DNA of 64,000 bases from Dudresnaya verticillata (lineage: Eukaryota): contig OZ374565.1 in the NCBI GenBank assembly GCA_977862235.1, positions 1,922,001-1,986,000 of the forward strand, in the 5' to 3' direction. This document shows positions 27,746 through 40,600 of the stretch, in pieces. The notes below the pieces were generated by a model. It was not told the origin of the DNA. It did not search any database and saw nothing but the letters and a program-made list of their open reading frames with translations. A program made the position numbers and the translations under genes. Every line of letters begins with the position of its first letter. Position 1 is the stretch's first letter.

Positions 27746-29030
27746 CCGCCAAACGTCGACGACGCGCAGCGCGGCTAACCCTAATCCGGAAATACCGCTG
27801 GAAGCGAATGGACGGACGATCGAGATCGCGTGCTCGACCTACGATCGCCAAAGGCGCGGAAGTTCAACCCATGGCCTGTGTACGCGGTCGCCAGAGCGAC
27901 AGCACCAAGCACGTGTGAACGCCATGGACGAACGCGGACGCAAGTCGTTGCGTCATAGACAGCCTCGCGCACAACATCTCGCCGCAGCCCCCATACGGAA
28001 CCTCTGGATGGGTACGCTGTTGACAGTGGATCCAGATCGCAAATCCGGATCCGTCGCCGGCGCCCCTCGGGTAATAGGAGGCAGTAATTGGTCAAATTTT
28101 AATTTCTAAACACGGCAGCGCGCACCACCCCGCCGTCAACGTACGACGAACGCAATCATGCCAAGTGGCTGAGCAGGTGCTACGAGCCCCAGCGACGACA
28201 GGCGCAAGTGGCAGCGCACAACAACCGTCTCCGACGTCGAGACGCGCACTCGCCCCACGGCCAAGTCCCTGGGACCGCCACCCTGCCGGCCACAGTCTCG
28301 CGCGAAAGCACCCGTCGAACGTCTCCGACGTAACTCGCCGAAGAAGGGACGCACCGACAAACCCACCCCCGAAGGGGGGAAGGTGGTTGAAGACGCAGTT
28401 ACTGTGGGTTCCGTACACGACGCGCCAACAAATCGCCAACGACTCCGCCGCTGCCCGCGGCCGCCGCGTCGCAGTCGTGCGAGCGCGACCGACAACTCCA
28501 CCCTACCCCCAAGGAGGAACGTCGAAGATGAAAGGGGCGGCAACGCCAAGGCGTCAAAATATACCTCTCCGCCTTTGCGACCCTCGTCGAGGACGCCGAA
28601 AAACCACGCCCAAGGCGCAGTGCGACATATGCATCCCAAAAACGCTAAGTAAGCGGAAATACGCCACCGCCGCACGTGAAACACGAAGAACAACGCTACT
28701 ACAGCGGACACCACCAGCCAAACACAGCCGAAGCGCAACGCACGGCCAAGGCTGAAGGCATCAAACGCCAACGCTACTGTAGCGGGCAACCAAGAACACG
28801 ACGCAAAGTCGAAAGTGGATCACAGGTTACACCATAAGGCCAACGCGAAACGCGACACACAAAGACGCTGACAATGGCCGAAGTTTACTGGGCTAAAAAA
28901 AATGGGGACAACCCCTCGCCCTAGCGATCGACCACTACAGCTACATTAATCGTCAAAGACGACGGGGAATAACCCGCTCATCGGTCCCGCAAGGGAGCCG
29001 AAGGGCAACACAAGACGCAACTCGCGTCCG

Positions 29031-31354
29031 CTATCCGTTCCTGAAACGACACCAAGACTCCTTCGTCGCAGACGAACCGGCTGGCACGCCCTCAGCGCCT
29101 TCGGCGGACTCACGCAACGCCTCTTCGTAGAGGTCGTCCTCAGTCGTCGACGGTACACTCACGGCAGGAGCCGGGGCGGACCGCAAAGGCCTTGCCACCG
29201 CAACTGCCGGAATGGCTGCAACAGGCGCCGCAGGCGAAAGGGGCGACTTGTCAATCGCCTTCGGCGTCGTCGCGACAATATCCGCCAAAGGCGATGAAGC
29301 CATAACACCCGCCACAGGCGCAGAGCTCAAGCTATCGTTCGCCTTAGGTGCGGGCACAGCCCCATCCGCTTTAAGCGTAGTCAACGACTCGTCGGCCGCC
29401 TTTGGCGTCAGTTCAGAAACCGCCTTGATTGGCGTCGCCTCTTCACTCGCCTTCGGCGTTGTTGATCCGACACCCGTCAATGATGCAGGAGCACCTAGCC
29501 CCTTTGGAACCGTCAACGACGCTACAGCGGCATTCGCTCCGCTCGCCGCAGGCGGTACAGTCATACTCACGTCTTTAGACACCGGACCATTCGCCTTAGG
29601 CGACGAAGGCTTCTCTGCCACACCGTCCTTCGACGCAGAACCTACGACACTAGTCGACTTCGGCGCGGGCCCACCCTGAGGCGGGACCGCAGCTGACAAA
29701 GATTGGCTCATCCACTCAGTGGGTGAGCCGCTCAGACCGCTAGTAGCGACGCCTGCCGCCTGCAATAACGCAAGCACGGTGTGGCGCTGCTCTTCGGTCC
29801 AAACCGGCGCCGAAGCTGGACTCCCAGAACCGTCTGCGACGTTTGATACTTCGCCTTGAGGCGACACGATCGGCGGAGCCGACTCCAATATTGGCGTCGC
29901 CATAACGGCATCGCCATCATCGTCAGCGACGGGAGGCGCAAGGTCCAAAGGCACAACAGTTGGCAGGCCAGCTGGCACTCCACCGCCACCGACAACACCT
30001 TCGGGCAAAGCCGAAGACGCGGGCGCAGGCTCGACAGTCGACTCAACCGCCATAGGCGTAGCGATATCCGTCCCAGACGGGTTCTCCGGTCCACCATCGG
30101 CGTTAAACGCATCCTCCTCGGCCATTAAGGCACTCAAATGCGGAGGGAAAGCGCCGACAAAGTCGCAGCTCTTACGCAAACCACGTGGGTGATTACCCGG
30201 GGTGAAGCGGTCCGTTTTGCGATGGCGCTCCGCAACGTCCTTCGTCGTACGACGCTTAGTCCAAGGATTATAATGGATCCGATCTGCACAGGTGGAGTGA
30301 GTCCGACTCATCGCGAATCGCGGACGGTTCGCCTTACGGCGGTTGTTCGCATACGGCACCATTTCCGGGTCGTTCCAATCGATCTCATCCGCCACAGCGC
30401 GCAGGTTCCAGAACTCCTCGGCGTTTCGGGACCCGCCAAATATTTCGACCAATTCGAGGCTGCCAAGCTGAGCCACCACACGCGGGGGTAAGTGGTACGT
30501 ACGGAGGGTGTCATACACCTCCCATAACCACGCATTCGCCACATTGGCGACCCAATCCGCGTAAAACACGATCCAATACCTGGAATATGGGTCGGTCATC
30601 AGCTCGGAACCAAGATACGTGACACACGGAGGAAGCTCTACGGAGAAACCCTCGCATATCTCAAACTCACGCCATACAGGCGGCACCTTCACGAAACAGA
30701 AGGGTAACTTACTACGCTCAATGCGATCGACCTGCATGTCCTGGTAAGGCACGAATACGCCCTTTCGGCGACGCGTCTCGCACTCCCACCGGATACAACG
30801 CTCCCAAAAGAACTTACCCGTACGATGCAAGTAACGAAAATCCGCTTTCAAGCGTACGCCTAATAGGTAGGCCTCTCCCAACACACGGGGCTCAATCGAC
30901 ACGCTCACATGTTTGAGCGATAGCGTCCCAAGACGAGCACCATACTCGGCTTCGCCAGCTGTGCGGTACTGTCCCGCATCATAATTGAACAAGGGCGGCG
31001 TTAACGTCGACCCCGGATAACGCGTGAAGCGACGATACACGTCTGAGACGAACTGCGCGTGGACGTCCGCACGCGACTGTCCCGCTCGCACCCAAAGCCA
31101 TTCCGCAGGAACTGCACAGTGTAACTTCCATTCCAACGTCCAGACGACGCCGAGGGGCAGGGCCCCGGCAAGAAACCGCTAGTAGCGTAATGGGCGACCA
31201 ATTCTTCCTCGCGCAAAGCCTCCTGGTCAAACCAGGGGGCCCGCGCGAAGAAATGCGCACGGTCGCGAGGGTTCTTTCTTACGAAGTCGACCGGCAAAGC
31301 GTACACCGGCGCGGCCGAGGGCGCCGCCACCTGCATGCCATTGAACATCGGCAT
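29031..31354 (-). pseudogene. Antisense accessory ORF of element D (~775 codons, one frameshift near 31140), unknown family
   Basis: ORFs 31001..31354 and 29031..31136. Trp/Tyr-rich globular half is homologous to the element C antisense ORF; Pro/Ala/Ser-rich tail. Confidence 0.75.
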
Positions 31355-31863
31355 GGCTTCAACGATGAGAATATCTTAGCGCCAACGGCGATGCTTGTAC
31401 AAACGTCAAAGACGACTCGTGTTCTGCGCCATTGGCGAAAGCTTCGAGAAGCGTGCGTCGAAAATGATTACTGTTGTAACGCCTCAGGCGAGGAAAAGAA
31501 ACCCACGTCAACGACGTTCAGCTGCTGCGCCACGGGCGATGCCAAAGACAAACGACGTCGATGACGATTAAGTTGCGACGCCCCAGGCGAGGGATATACG
31601 ATAGACGTCAACGACGGAGAACGTTATGCGCCACGGGCGGTGATGTCGGGGCAGCGTCAACGCAGTCGCACAGACACAAGCACGCAACAAGAGCGAAGTC
31701 CCTACGGCACAGCCGAGGTCGTAACGCACACGCGGGCGCACCAACACAATACGCGAAGGCGCGGGGACTCGCTCGCAAGGCGCGGAAGTTGGCAGGAACC
31801 CAACTGGAGAGCGCACGGCAGCAGGTTGAGGGTCGGGTCGTGTTCGCGTTTTGGAGGGGGTCG

Positions 31864-32750
31864 TGTGGTGCAAGGGGAGGTGAGCCCTTTTTCGCTGAAA
31901 GCGGGCAGACCAAATACATCTACCGACGGAGAAACCGCCACCGGCGTTCACCACCGCCGTTGGCGCGCGAACACGTCACCGACGGCTCACTGGGGCGCGC
32001 GCGCACACCGCGCGCCGCGCGCCACGCGGGCACTGTACGGTGATGGGCCGACGTGGCGCCCCGGGGCACTGTAATACGGATCCAGATGGGATCCGGATCC
32101 GGTTTCCAGATTGGCTATCCGGATCGCCTAAGCTGTAAGATACGCGCCTGTAAGGCTGCGGGTGTTCGCATTGCTGGCCCGATCCGGATGGGATCGGGAT
32201 CGGACAAGTATCGGATTAGATCCAAGGCGCACGCTCTACAGTACGCGCGCGCGCACAGCTGTAAGGCACACGCGTCCACGTGTGTATGTAAGCACCCACA
32301 CAGGGGGTTGCATAGCAACCTGTCAGTCGCGCGGCTGGATGCAACGGGTGATCTGTCAGACGCGCCTCGGGACGACACGTGTTCCGAGTTCCCGTGCTAC
32401 GCACACGCACCGCCGCCGCCGCACCGCCGTACTATACTTAGGTAAGCCGTCCCAGACGTAACAGTAAACGCCCGGGCAAGCCGGCCTTGGTCCAGACTTC
32501 CCCGTTCCGCACGCGCGTATCCTACCGCTGCCTACGGCTCAAGCGTCTACCTCCCGTGCTTCCACGTCTATCATCGTCCTTGACGTGCTCCCTTTCTGTT
32601 TCCTTTTTCCTTCCCTTCCGCCTCGGGCGTTTACAGTCTGCCCAAGGCGTGTCCTTTGCTCTACCACAAGTCGCCCAAGGCGGGACTACTCACCGCCGAG
32701 GGCGCAGCTACCCACCGAGCCCCGAACTGCTCGGCGGTCTATCGTCTCAG
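31864..32750 (+). repeat. Element D 3' LTR (main part, interrupted by element C)
   Basis: First ~330 bp match 20290-20620 with about 4 differences. The last 14 bp lie at 46947-46960. Confidence 0.92.
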
Positions 32751-33411
32751 TGTAGTAGTATGGCCCGTCAAGGCAGAAACCCGCCAACCGGCAAGGACAG
32801 CTGTCCTGACGGTGCACAACACACTGGCTTAGGTAGCTCGGGAAAAAGGGTTGGTAGAGACTTTGAGAGGCACAGAGCCTAAGGGAAAAGGGGGAAAAGG
32901 GAAAAGGGGGAAAAGGGGCGGCGCCACCCAGCTCGCACAGAGCAACCGTCGTGTGGAGGCAAGGCTCGTAAAGCACCTGAAAGGGAGGTTACGGTGAGTC
33001 CGTGAATTCCAGGAAAAGGGTAAAGACCCGAAACCCACCGTGGGTTCTATTAAGGAGGCCCCTGCTACTCAGGGGCCTATTAAGTATACAGAGCCGAAAA
33101 TGCTCTTACCTCCTATGAGCTATTCTAAGCTATTCTAACTGTCATTATTAATCTAATTATACTGTTGTCAGTTATAAATATGGATTAGTGGTAGTACCGC
33201 TTCGGGACGCGTGAGCGGCCACAATAAATTACCCAATGGCAATTTGCCATCAATTTTGGTGCCAGCAGGGACGCCAGCGGGGCGCATCATCCTTACAGCG
33301 CACGGTGCTTGTGCGCGTCTTACAGCTTGATGCGCGTGGGCTTCTTACACCTTAATGCGCACAAATGACTTACAGTGCGCCAGCACTTCTGCTGCGGCTC
33401 ATTCTTCCACA
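32751..33411 (-). repeat. Element C 3' LTR
   Basis: Near-identical to 45363-45887 + 46806-46941; TG...CA ends. Confidence 0.95.
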
Positions 33412-33941
33412 CGGCCCCCTCGTTAAGGCTGAGAGACCCGCGAAGCCAGCAAGGCTGTTTCTATTGGCCCCGTCTTGGGCGAGCTTGAAATCCCAGTGGG
33501 GTATTGGGCCACGGCTCACTTATAACCGCCGCCACTGGCGGCCGTTGTTTAACCGTTCACAGTAGTGACAAATCACTTGCTTTTCCGTCCCAGTCTCGAC
33601 GGCGCCCGTCTCATTATTGTGACGAAGGTTTTGTGCCTTCGCGCGGAAAGCCCCAAGCGGTTGCATACTTCAGCGACATCACAGGGGCTTCCGCTCTAGT
33701 TTGGTGTACCCATTCCCACTTCGCACCACCATCTCTAGCACCTCCGCGCTTCCGTCCGGCGACCCATCTAGGTTCCGTTTCCCTCTTCCATTGCGGCGGT
33801 CTGCGCAAGTTGCAGTAGCGGAACCCGCTGTACCCTGTCGCCACCCGTGCACCGCTTCATACGGCCGGGCCGTCACGTGCGTAACAGTAAAGAAGAGCCA
33901 CTGTGGCTAGAAAGAAGACCTGTTCACCACGTGGTGCCAAG

Positions 33942-36260
33942 ATGAGCCATAGCCACATGGCTTATGGGGCCGCTGGCTCAAGCGCCGGGGTGCTGGGCAT
34001 TGAAGTGGATGAGGCAGGAGTGCCTTTCACGGTCAAGGAGAGCCGCGACTGGCGGGTGCGCACCGACCTCGCGCACCTCAAAGCGCGTGCGGGCGCTGAT
34101 CGCACCGACATCCGTCGGCATGGAGCGCAGCAGGCGCAGCGCCGCACTTGGAATTCCCATGCTCGAGCGCGTCTGGCGCTGCTAACCGGCATGACCCGTC
34201 GCCTGCCCGCCCTTACGGGTCCGTGGCAGTGGGACTTAGCGCATCCGCGCTTCCGCCACAAGGTGCGCTACACAGCCACCTTGTGTAATAAGCTCAACTA
34301 TGAGCTGGAGCAGATCCAACGCGTCCACGACGTGGGGGAGTTCGACCTCGGGATGGTAGCGCATGAGCGCCCGTTAATCCGCAGCGGCAGGGACAACTAC
34401 CCTTACACCACGGCTCGGGTTGTCCGTTGGGACGAGACGTCCAATTTCAAGTTTGCCATGGACAACCCACAAACGGCTATGCCTTCCGACATCATACGCT
34501 TTGAGCGTAGGAATCGTCACCGCACCGGGTGTCTCGATCCAGGGCACTGTCAAGAGGTTACCTCTATTCGCCCGGAGTTCTATAGGATCAAGTATCCTCA
34601 AGTGGCGGGAGATCACGCCGAGCTGGAGGTATCCTATTCCATGCCCGTCGGTACGCCGACCATCATAGCGTACCTCGGCTTGGAGATGATGGATGCCAAC
34701 GCAGACGATAGCGTCTTGTGGTCCATCTTTCGCCATGAGTGGATCGTGCTAGTGAAGCAAGTATTCGTCTACGAAGCCCGTCGGGGCTTGTTATACTTCA
34801 TCAGCGCCCAGCTTCGTGGGGCCATCCGTTCTATAGGCTCTGCTGCCTTCACCGCCAACTCGGCTGACGCCTCAGACTTGGACCAGCTCTTGGTCTTCGT
34901 TGAGCGTATTCGCTGGAGCGGCGTCTCGAAACGCAATAGGCATCTGCCTGAGAACACTGGCTATCTGACGCCGGTGTAAGACCGCGGCGATTGGGTTGAC
35001 TTTGACGCCGTCAAGTGGCACCCAGTCCTTCCGGACTATTTGATGGCACCGTTACCCACCGAGGGTGAACCCATCCAGCTGGAAGAGGGCGAGCGTCGCA
35101 CGGGTTACACCAAGGGTTGGGTGAGTGTGCGTTGGCGCGATGAAGGGCCTAATCATCCTGCTAAGGTGCCCCCCTTCGACGACACTGTCGATGGGGAGCC
35201 GAAGGGTCCGTACGCTCCAGTGCTGACACACCACCACCGGACTGATACCGAGATCCGTGATCTATTTGGCCGCCGTGGGTTGGCTATCCGTCTTGCTGCC
35301 CATTGGGGCATCTACGCCCTCAATCTTAACAGTCTCGCTGACTGGGTTGAGGACGCGCTAGCCGAATATGAGGCTCATTGGATAGGGACTCCAGGTCCGA
35401 TTGATCGCCTTTTGACTCACCTGAATAAGTTGCCCCCGCTGGGTGGAGTCAAGGCTGAAGGTGAGCCTGGTGTGGAAATCAAGAAAGAGCCTGGCTCTAA
35501 GGTTCGTCGCGGAATCGGCTACGGTAAGCCGGGTTCTTCAGCCCAAGGCTCTTTAGCGCTCCTTCCGATTATCGACGCGAGGGAAGCCACTGCGGCTGAT
35601 GTGTCAAAGGTCCCGCGTGAGGATCCCCTTGCCACGGCTGGTGCTAGCGCGTCCAACGTCACTCCGCGAGTCACGGCACCTCCTTCCCAGCCATCGGCTT
35701 CTCGAGTTGGAGTCCCACTTCGCTCCGTGGTTCCACACCAGATTCCTACCGTCAGCGGCGCGCCCGCTGGACATAACCCACAGTCGGAGTCAGCATCGGC
35801 TAACCGCCCCACTGCCGAGGTGGCTGTTGGGGTCCCCTCAAGGCCGCCCCCTTCGGCTGCATCTGTCACAGCACCTGCCTCACTCGAGCCGCCTGCTAAG
35901 TCTTTGACTGGTGATTATCCCCAAGTGGAGGAGAGGGCATCTACGCCGCTGGCTCCCAGTCAAGCCGATGAGGCTTTGCAGCCTACCAACGAAGTGCTCG
36001 TGAAGACTGAGTTGGTGCTCAAGGAAGAGGAGGAGTTGGCTCCTGTGGAGGGCGATGTTGCACCGATGGATGTGGACCCCACGACAGCCAACGAGGCTCA
36101 AGTAACGAAAATGGAGGGTACTCGCCGGGGTCGTGGACCGCGTCGTGGCCAGGGTCGACGGATCATCCGCGAGGTGCGCCGCATCGTGACGACGCGGGCG
36201 CCTTCTGCACCTAACCCGCCCCTTGGCGATGACGAGATCATTGACCTCCTTTCGGATTAG
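33942..36260 (+). pseudogene. Antisense accessory ORF of element C (~772 codons, one in-frame TAA at 34977-34979), unknown family
   Basis: ORFs 33903..34979 and 35040..36260 are in frame, linked by DRGDWVDFDAVKWHPVLPDY. Homologous to the D antisense ORF. Confidence 0.78.
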
Positions 36261-37219
36261 CCGAGGCGAGCCCTTATCTTGGGGCATGCCTCGAGGCGTC
36301 GAGCCTGATAGGAGCTAGAAGTCCACTCCAGCGGCTTAACCGCTTAGCAATAAACTTCGTCTTGTATGCGTAACCCACTGCTTTGGTAGACTTCGAGCCT
36401 TCACATCCGGTGCCACTTTTCTTCCTAGTGAGACAGTGGTGCCCCTGCTTATTCGGGTACCGTGGGACAGTCTATTATCGGCTGACCAATATGCCTTCCT
36501 AGCGTCTACCGCTGCCTGAGAACGTGCCAGCAATGTCCACAGTAGCTCTACAGTGCAGTGCGACGCACTGTAGCGCATTTTGGCGCGAAAGCCTGTATGG
36601 CTGCTAATTGGCCACACCCCTCCGCCACCTTGCTGTAGCCTTTCCGGGGATTTTTGGTTTCTCGTTACAAGTACCATTTGGGTGCTAGCGCCATGAGTCC
36701 CTTAGGCTTACGCAGCCTCCTTGGACGCCGTCACGGTTTAACGTACTTCTCGAATTCTCAGCGTCCATTCGCTTGCTTTTCCCAGATGAAATGGGTTCTC
36801 ACGCGTCTTCCCGTAGTGGTCCCAACCCAAGGGTGGGGGTCGTATCAAGACTCATGAGTCTGGGGTTAGGCGCCTTTTTGCCTTACGCCCTTACAGGGTT
36901 CAATCCCATCGTGTTTGTAGCGGTAGCATTGCTTCTGGGCAGTTCAGCCGCCAGGAAGCGTCGTAACGCTTATGAGTTAGGATCATAATAAATTATAAGT
37001 TAATCAGCGGGGCTGGGAACCACCCACATAGAGGGGGAAGCGGCCTCCCTAGCTTGTGCCTTTCAGGAGTGTTTCCTTGAGGTAGCCAGGTTTTGGCAAC
37101 TTTGCCTTTCAAGGTATTAGCCTTACGCAGCGTCATTTGCTCCTCAGATAAAGGATCGTCTCCTAAGTCCAGGGCGTGCGCTCGTCTTAGCAACACCTTC
37201 TTATAAAGTTCACCTCTTG

Positions 37220-37372
37220 ATTACATCTATCCATGTCCATGCATCTATCCAGGATCCAATCCTTCTAGCATCTATTCATGCTATACATCTATCCAGAGTC
37301 TTGACTCTTCTTCCATCTATCCATTTCCATACATCTATCCAGAGTCTTGACTCTTCGGTAGCTATCTATCTG
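37220..37372. repeat. CATCTATCC short-repeat cluster inside element C
   Basis: About 7 copies or variants, including a ~28-bp direct repeat ATACATCTATCCAGAGTCTTGACTCTTC. Confidence 0.8.
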
Positions 37373-37629
37373 GTCGCATCTTTTGAGAGGCTAACCACTG
37401 CGTCTGTGCGCCCGGTCATGGGCGAATCCCAATCATAGCCCATAGGCTGCATTCGTATTTGCGCGAAGGCGTCGGCTTCGGAACCCAGAACCAAAGTTCT
37501 ACCTCCACTCATATGAAGTGGATCTAACAACCGGGAGATCCGACTCCATATAGCCTAACTGCTGTTTTGGTTGGGCGCACGCGACCGAGACCACTTATAG
37601 GCCCGATGCCTTACTCATCGCGCGTGCTC

Positions 37630-40600
37630 GCCACACCAATTGTCAGGTAATGGTATCCCTTTTTGGCGGTGATACCTTACAACCTAATTGTGAGGGAGAT
37701 GCCCCTTTGGCTCCCATGTGTCTTTTGAAGCCGGGCTCTGGAACCACCGCACACGATAGAGGTGTGTGTCGGGTTCGTAGGAAACGATCCTTTCGTACAC
37801 GTGTTCGCGTGGTGGTGCCTTCTTGATGCGCGAAAATTTGCGGCTTGACGTCCCTTCCGCCACTGTCAGTGCAGACGGTGGCGCGTCCACTCCCTCGTCT
37901 CTAGGAGCATTCTCCTGTCGTTGGGGGACAACAGCGTAGTATCGGCGCCACTAGGTTGCGTATCTCCACCTGTGTCAGCCAGTGTCTCGCCTTCAGCACC
38001 AGGTGCTTCGGGATGGGCCGGTTCATTACCGCCTGGTGCGGTGTCCATCGGGGGCCCAGTGCCGTTTGTGTTGGGCCCGTTGGTCGGCCCAGTTGGGCTA
38101 CTTGAAAATGCTGCACTTGTCTCCGGTGGCATTTCCACTACCGTGGGAGTCATGTCTAGTGCCAGCGGCGCTTCGTGTGGCGATGGAGCCAAAGTGACTC
38201 GGTCCAAAGAGATTGTTTCTCTGTCACCCTTGATATCGAGAGACACCACATGGGTTCCTCTCTCGAGAACCTTATATGGCCCAAGGGCTTTCGGGAACAG
38301 TTTCCCTTCCCTCGCCACGCCTAAAGCGTCATTCACTTTGGTTTCCCGCTCGAGGAATACCCGCGACCCAGGGCGTACCCTTTGGTTAGCCGGTCGAATG
38401 CGGTTATTAAAGTTGGTTTCGTAGCGCTTTTACGCTAGTTGCATCCTCGGCAGAGCCGTATCCATGAGCTTTTCCAGCCGAGCGGTTAGGCGCTTCTTGA
38501 CGTTTGTAGCGGGTATCCCGTCAATGTCTACCGTTTCCGCTTGTTCCAATAGTAGGGAAGTCGGCGGATTTGACAAAACCAAATCAAACGGGGCTAACCC
38601 TGTAGCGCGATGCACTGTCGTATTGTAAGCGTATATGAGCGCTGAGGTGAACTCGTCCCAGTCCCTCTGATCTTCCGCTATGAAGTGGCGAAGGCCCGCT
38701 AGGATGGTGCGGTTGAACCTCTCGGTTTGCCCATTAGTTTGGGGGTGATAGGTCGACGTGAACATATTCCGAATCCGTAGGATATCGCACACGGCGAGGA
38801 AGAACTTAGAGGCAAATTGGGACCCATTGTCTGAAAGGACGTAACAAGGCGGTCCATAGATAAAGACCCAATGGTCGCAAAACGCCTTTGCCACTGTATA
38901 GGCGGTTACCGTTTTCATCGGTATCGCTCGCGTCAGCTTTGAGAAGCGGTCCGTCATAACCAACAGGAACTCGTTTCCTTTCCCAGAGCGGGGTAACGGG
39001 CCCAGGATATCGATTCCTACAAACTCCAACGGCATGGTCGCCAGGAAGAGCTTCATATGCGAAGCATGTTTCCGCAACTTCACCCGCTCTTGCGCGCATT
39101 TGACACAACTACGCACTGTGGCGTACAAATCCAATGCCATCTCTGGCCAATATACCTGTCTTCGCAGGTTATGATACATCCTGGCTCCACCTGGGTGTCC
39201 CGCCATCTCGGGGTAGTGGGCTAGGTGTAACGCCCTTTCCTTAAGAGAACGAGGTATGAGAACCTGTATCGCCTTGTCGATATACGACTTCCGGACTACG
39301 AGTCCTCGTTCGTCCTCGAGATAACAACCAGGCTTCCCAGCCTCGAGGTTTCTTCGGACCCAGATACAGAATTCATCTGTTTTCTGCTCACGGAGCAACT
39401 CTTCTGTGGTGATAAGGGATAGTCCCTTTTGTCCAGATTCCTTCTCGGCCACTTGGGCGATGGACATTTCGTCATCCGAATCGGACTCATCGACGGGTTA
39501 GATTTCCCACGCTTCCAATGGTCGCGTGTTGGGCTCCGGTTGCGACCTTTCGCAGAGTTCGTCCCTCGGATCAGTCTTAAGGACTAGACACGGGATCTCC
39601 AGGTCCGGTTCCCAGGGCGTGCAGCCATATGTGGGCAACCGAGATACGGCATCAGCAATCTGATTCTTTTTGCCTTTTCGGTACTGAACCGTGAAGTCGT
39701 ATTCCAGGAGGAGTAATCTCCAACGGGCCAACCGTCCAGAAGCATCTGTCATGCTCATCATCCATTTCAGCGCTTGATGGTCTGTATACAGGTCAAAGTG
39801 GGACCTTTCTAGATAGGGTCTGAGCAATTGTGCCGCCCAGACCACTGCGAGGCACTCCTTTTCGCCTACAGCATAGTTCTTCTCTGCCTTCGTCAGTCCT
39901 CGGCTCCAGAAGCCTATCGGGTGTCGAATCCCGTCTTCTTCGGCTTGCATCAGCGCGCAACCAATTTGGTAGTCGCACGCGTCGGTATCCACCGATAGGG
40001 CCTTACCCTCTTGTGGCAACCTAAGAATAGGAGGCGCTATTAGCGCTGTCTTCAACAATCCGAACGCCTCGCGTTGACGTTCATTGAACTGCGGTAGTTC
40101 AAAGCCCACTTCCGTCTGTAGGAGGGCATTGAGTGGAGCTGCCACACGAGCGAAGTTAGGCACGAATCGCCTGTAGACGTTGCATAGGCCGATGAAAGAC
40201 CGCAACTGGGTCTGGGTGGTCGGCTCCTTGAAGCCTTCGATGGCTTGCGTATTCTTAGTCGCCACTTCTAATAAACCCGGACGGATGACGTGTCCTAAGT
40301 AGTCGACACTCTTTGTGAAGAAGTTACACTTCTTAAGTTTCAAGGAGACCCCTGCTTCTTGTAATACAGAGACAATCTCTCTTACGTGCGTGATATGCTC
40401 GTGAACAGTCGCAGAGAATACGATAATATCGTCGAGGTATACGAGGCAAGATTTCCATCGAAATCCTGATAAGAGGATGTCAACCGTTCGTTGAAAGGTC
40501 GCCGGAGTGTTGCATAGCCCAAAGGACATCCTGCAGAATTGGAAGCAGCCCGCGTGGCATGTAAAAGCAGTCTTATGCTTATCCTCCGGGGAGACCGGAA

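Noticed and set aside
27780..29000. ORFs 28136..28789 and 28165..28755 as a second accessory gene
   Set aside because: GC-rich spacer with no counterpart in element C and no motif.
29031..36260. Accessory ORFs as env genes
   Set aside because: Antisense orientation, with no signal peptide or transmembrane anchor evident.
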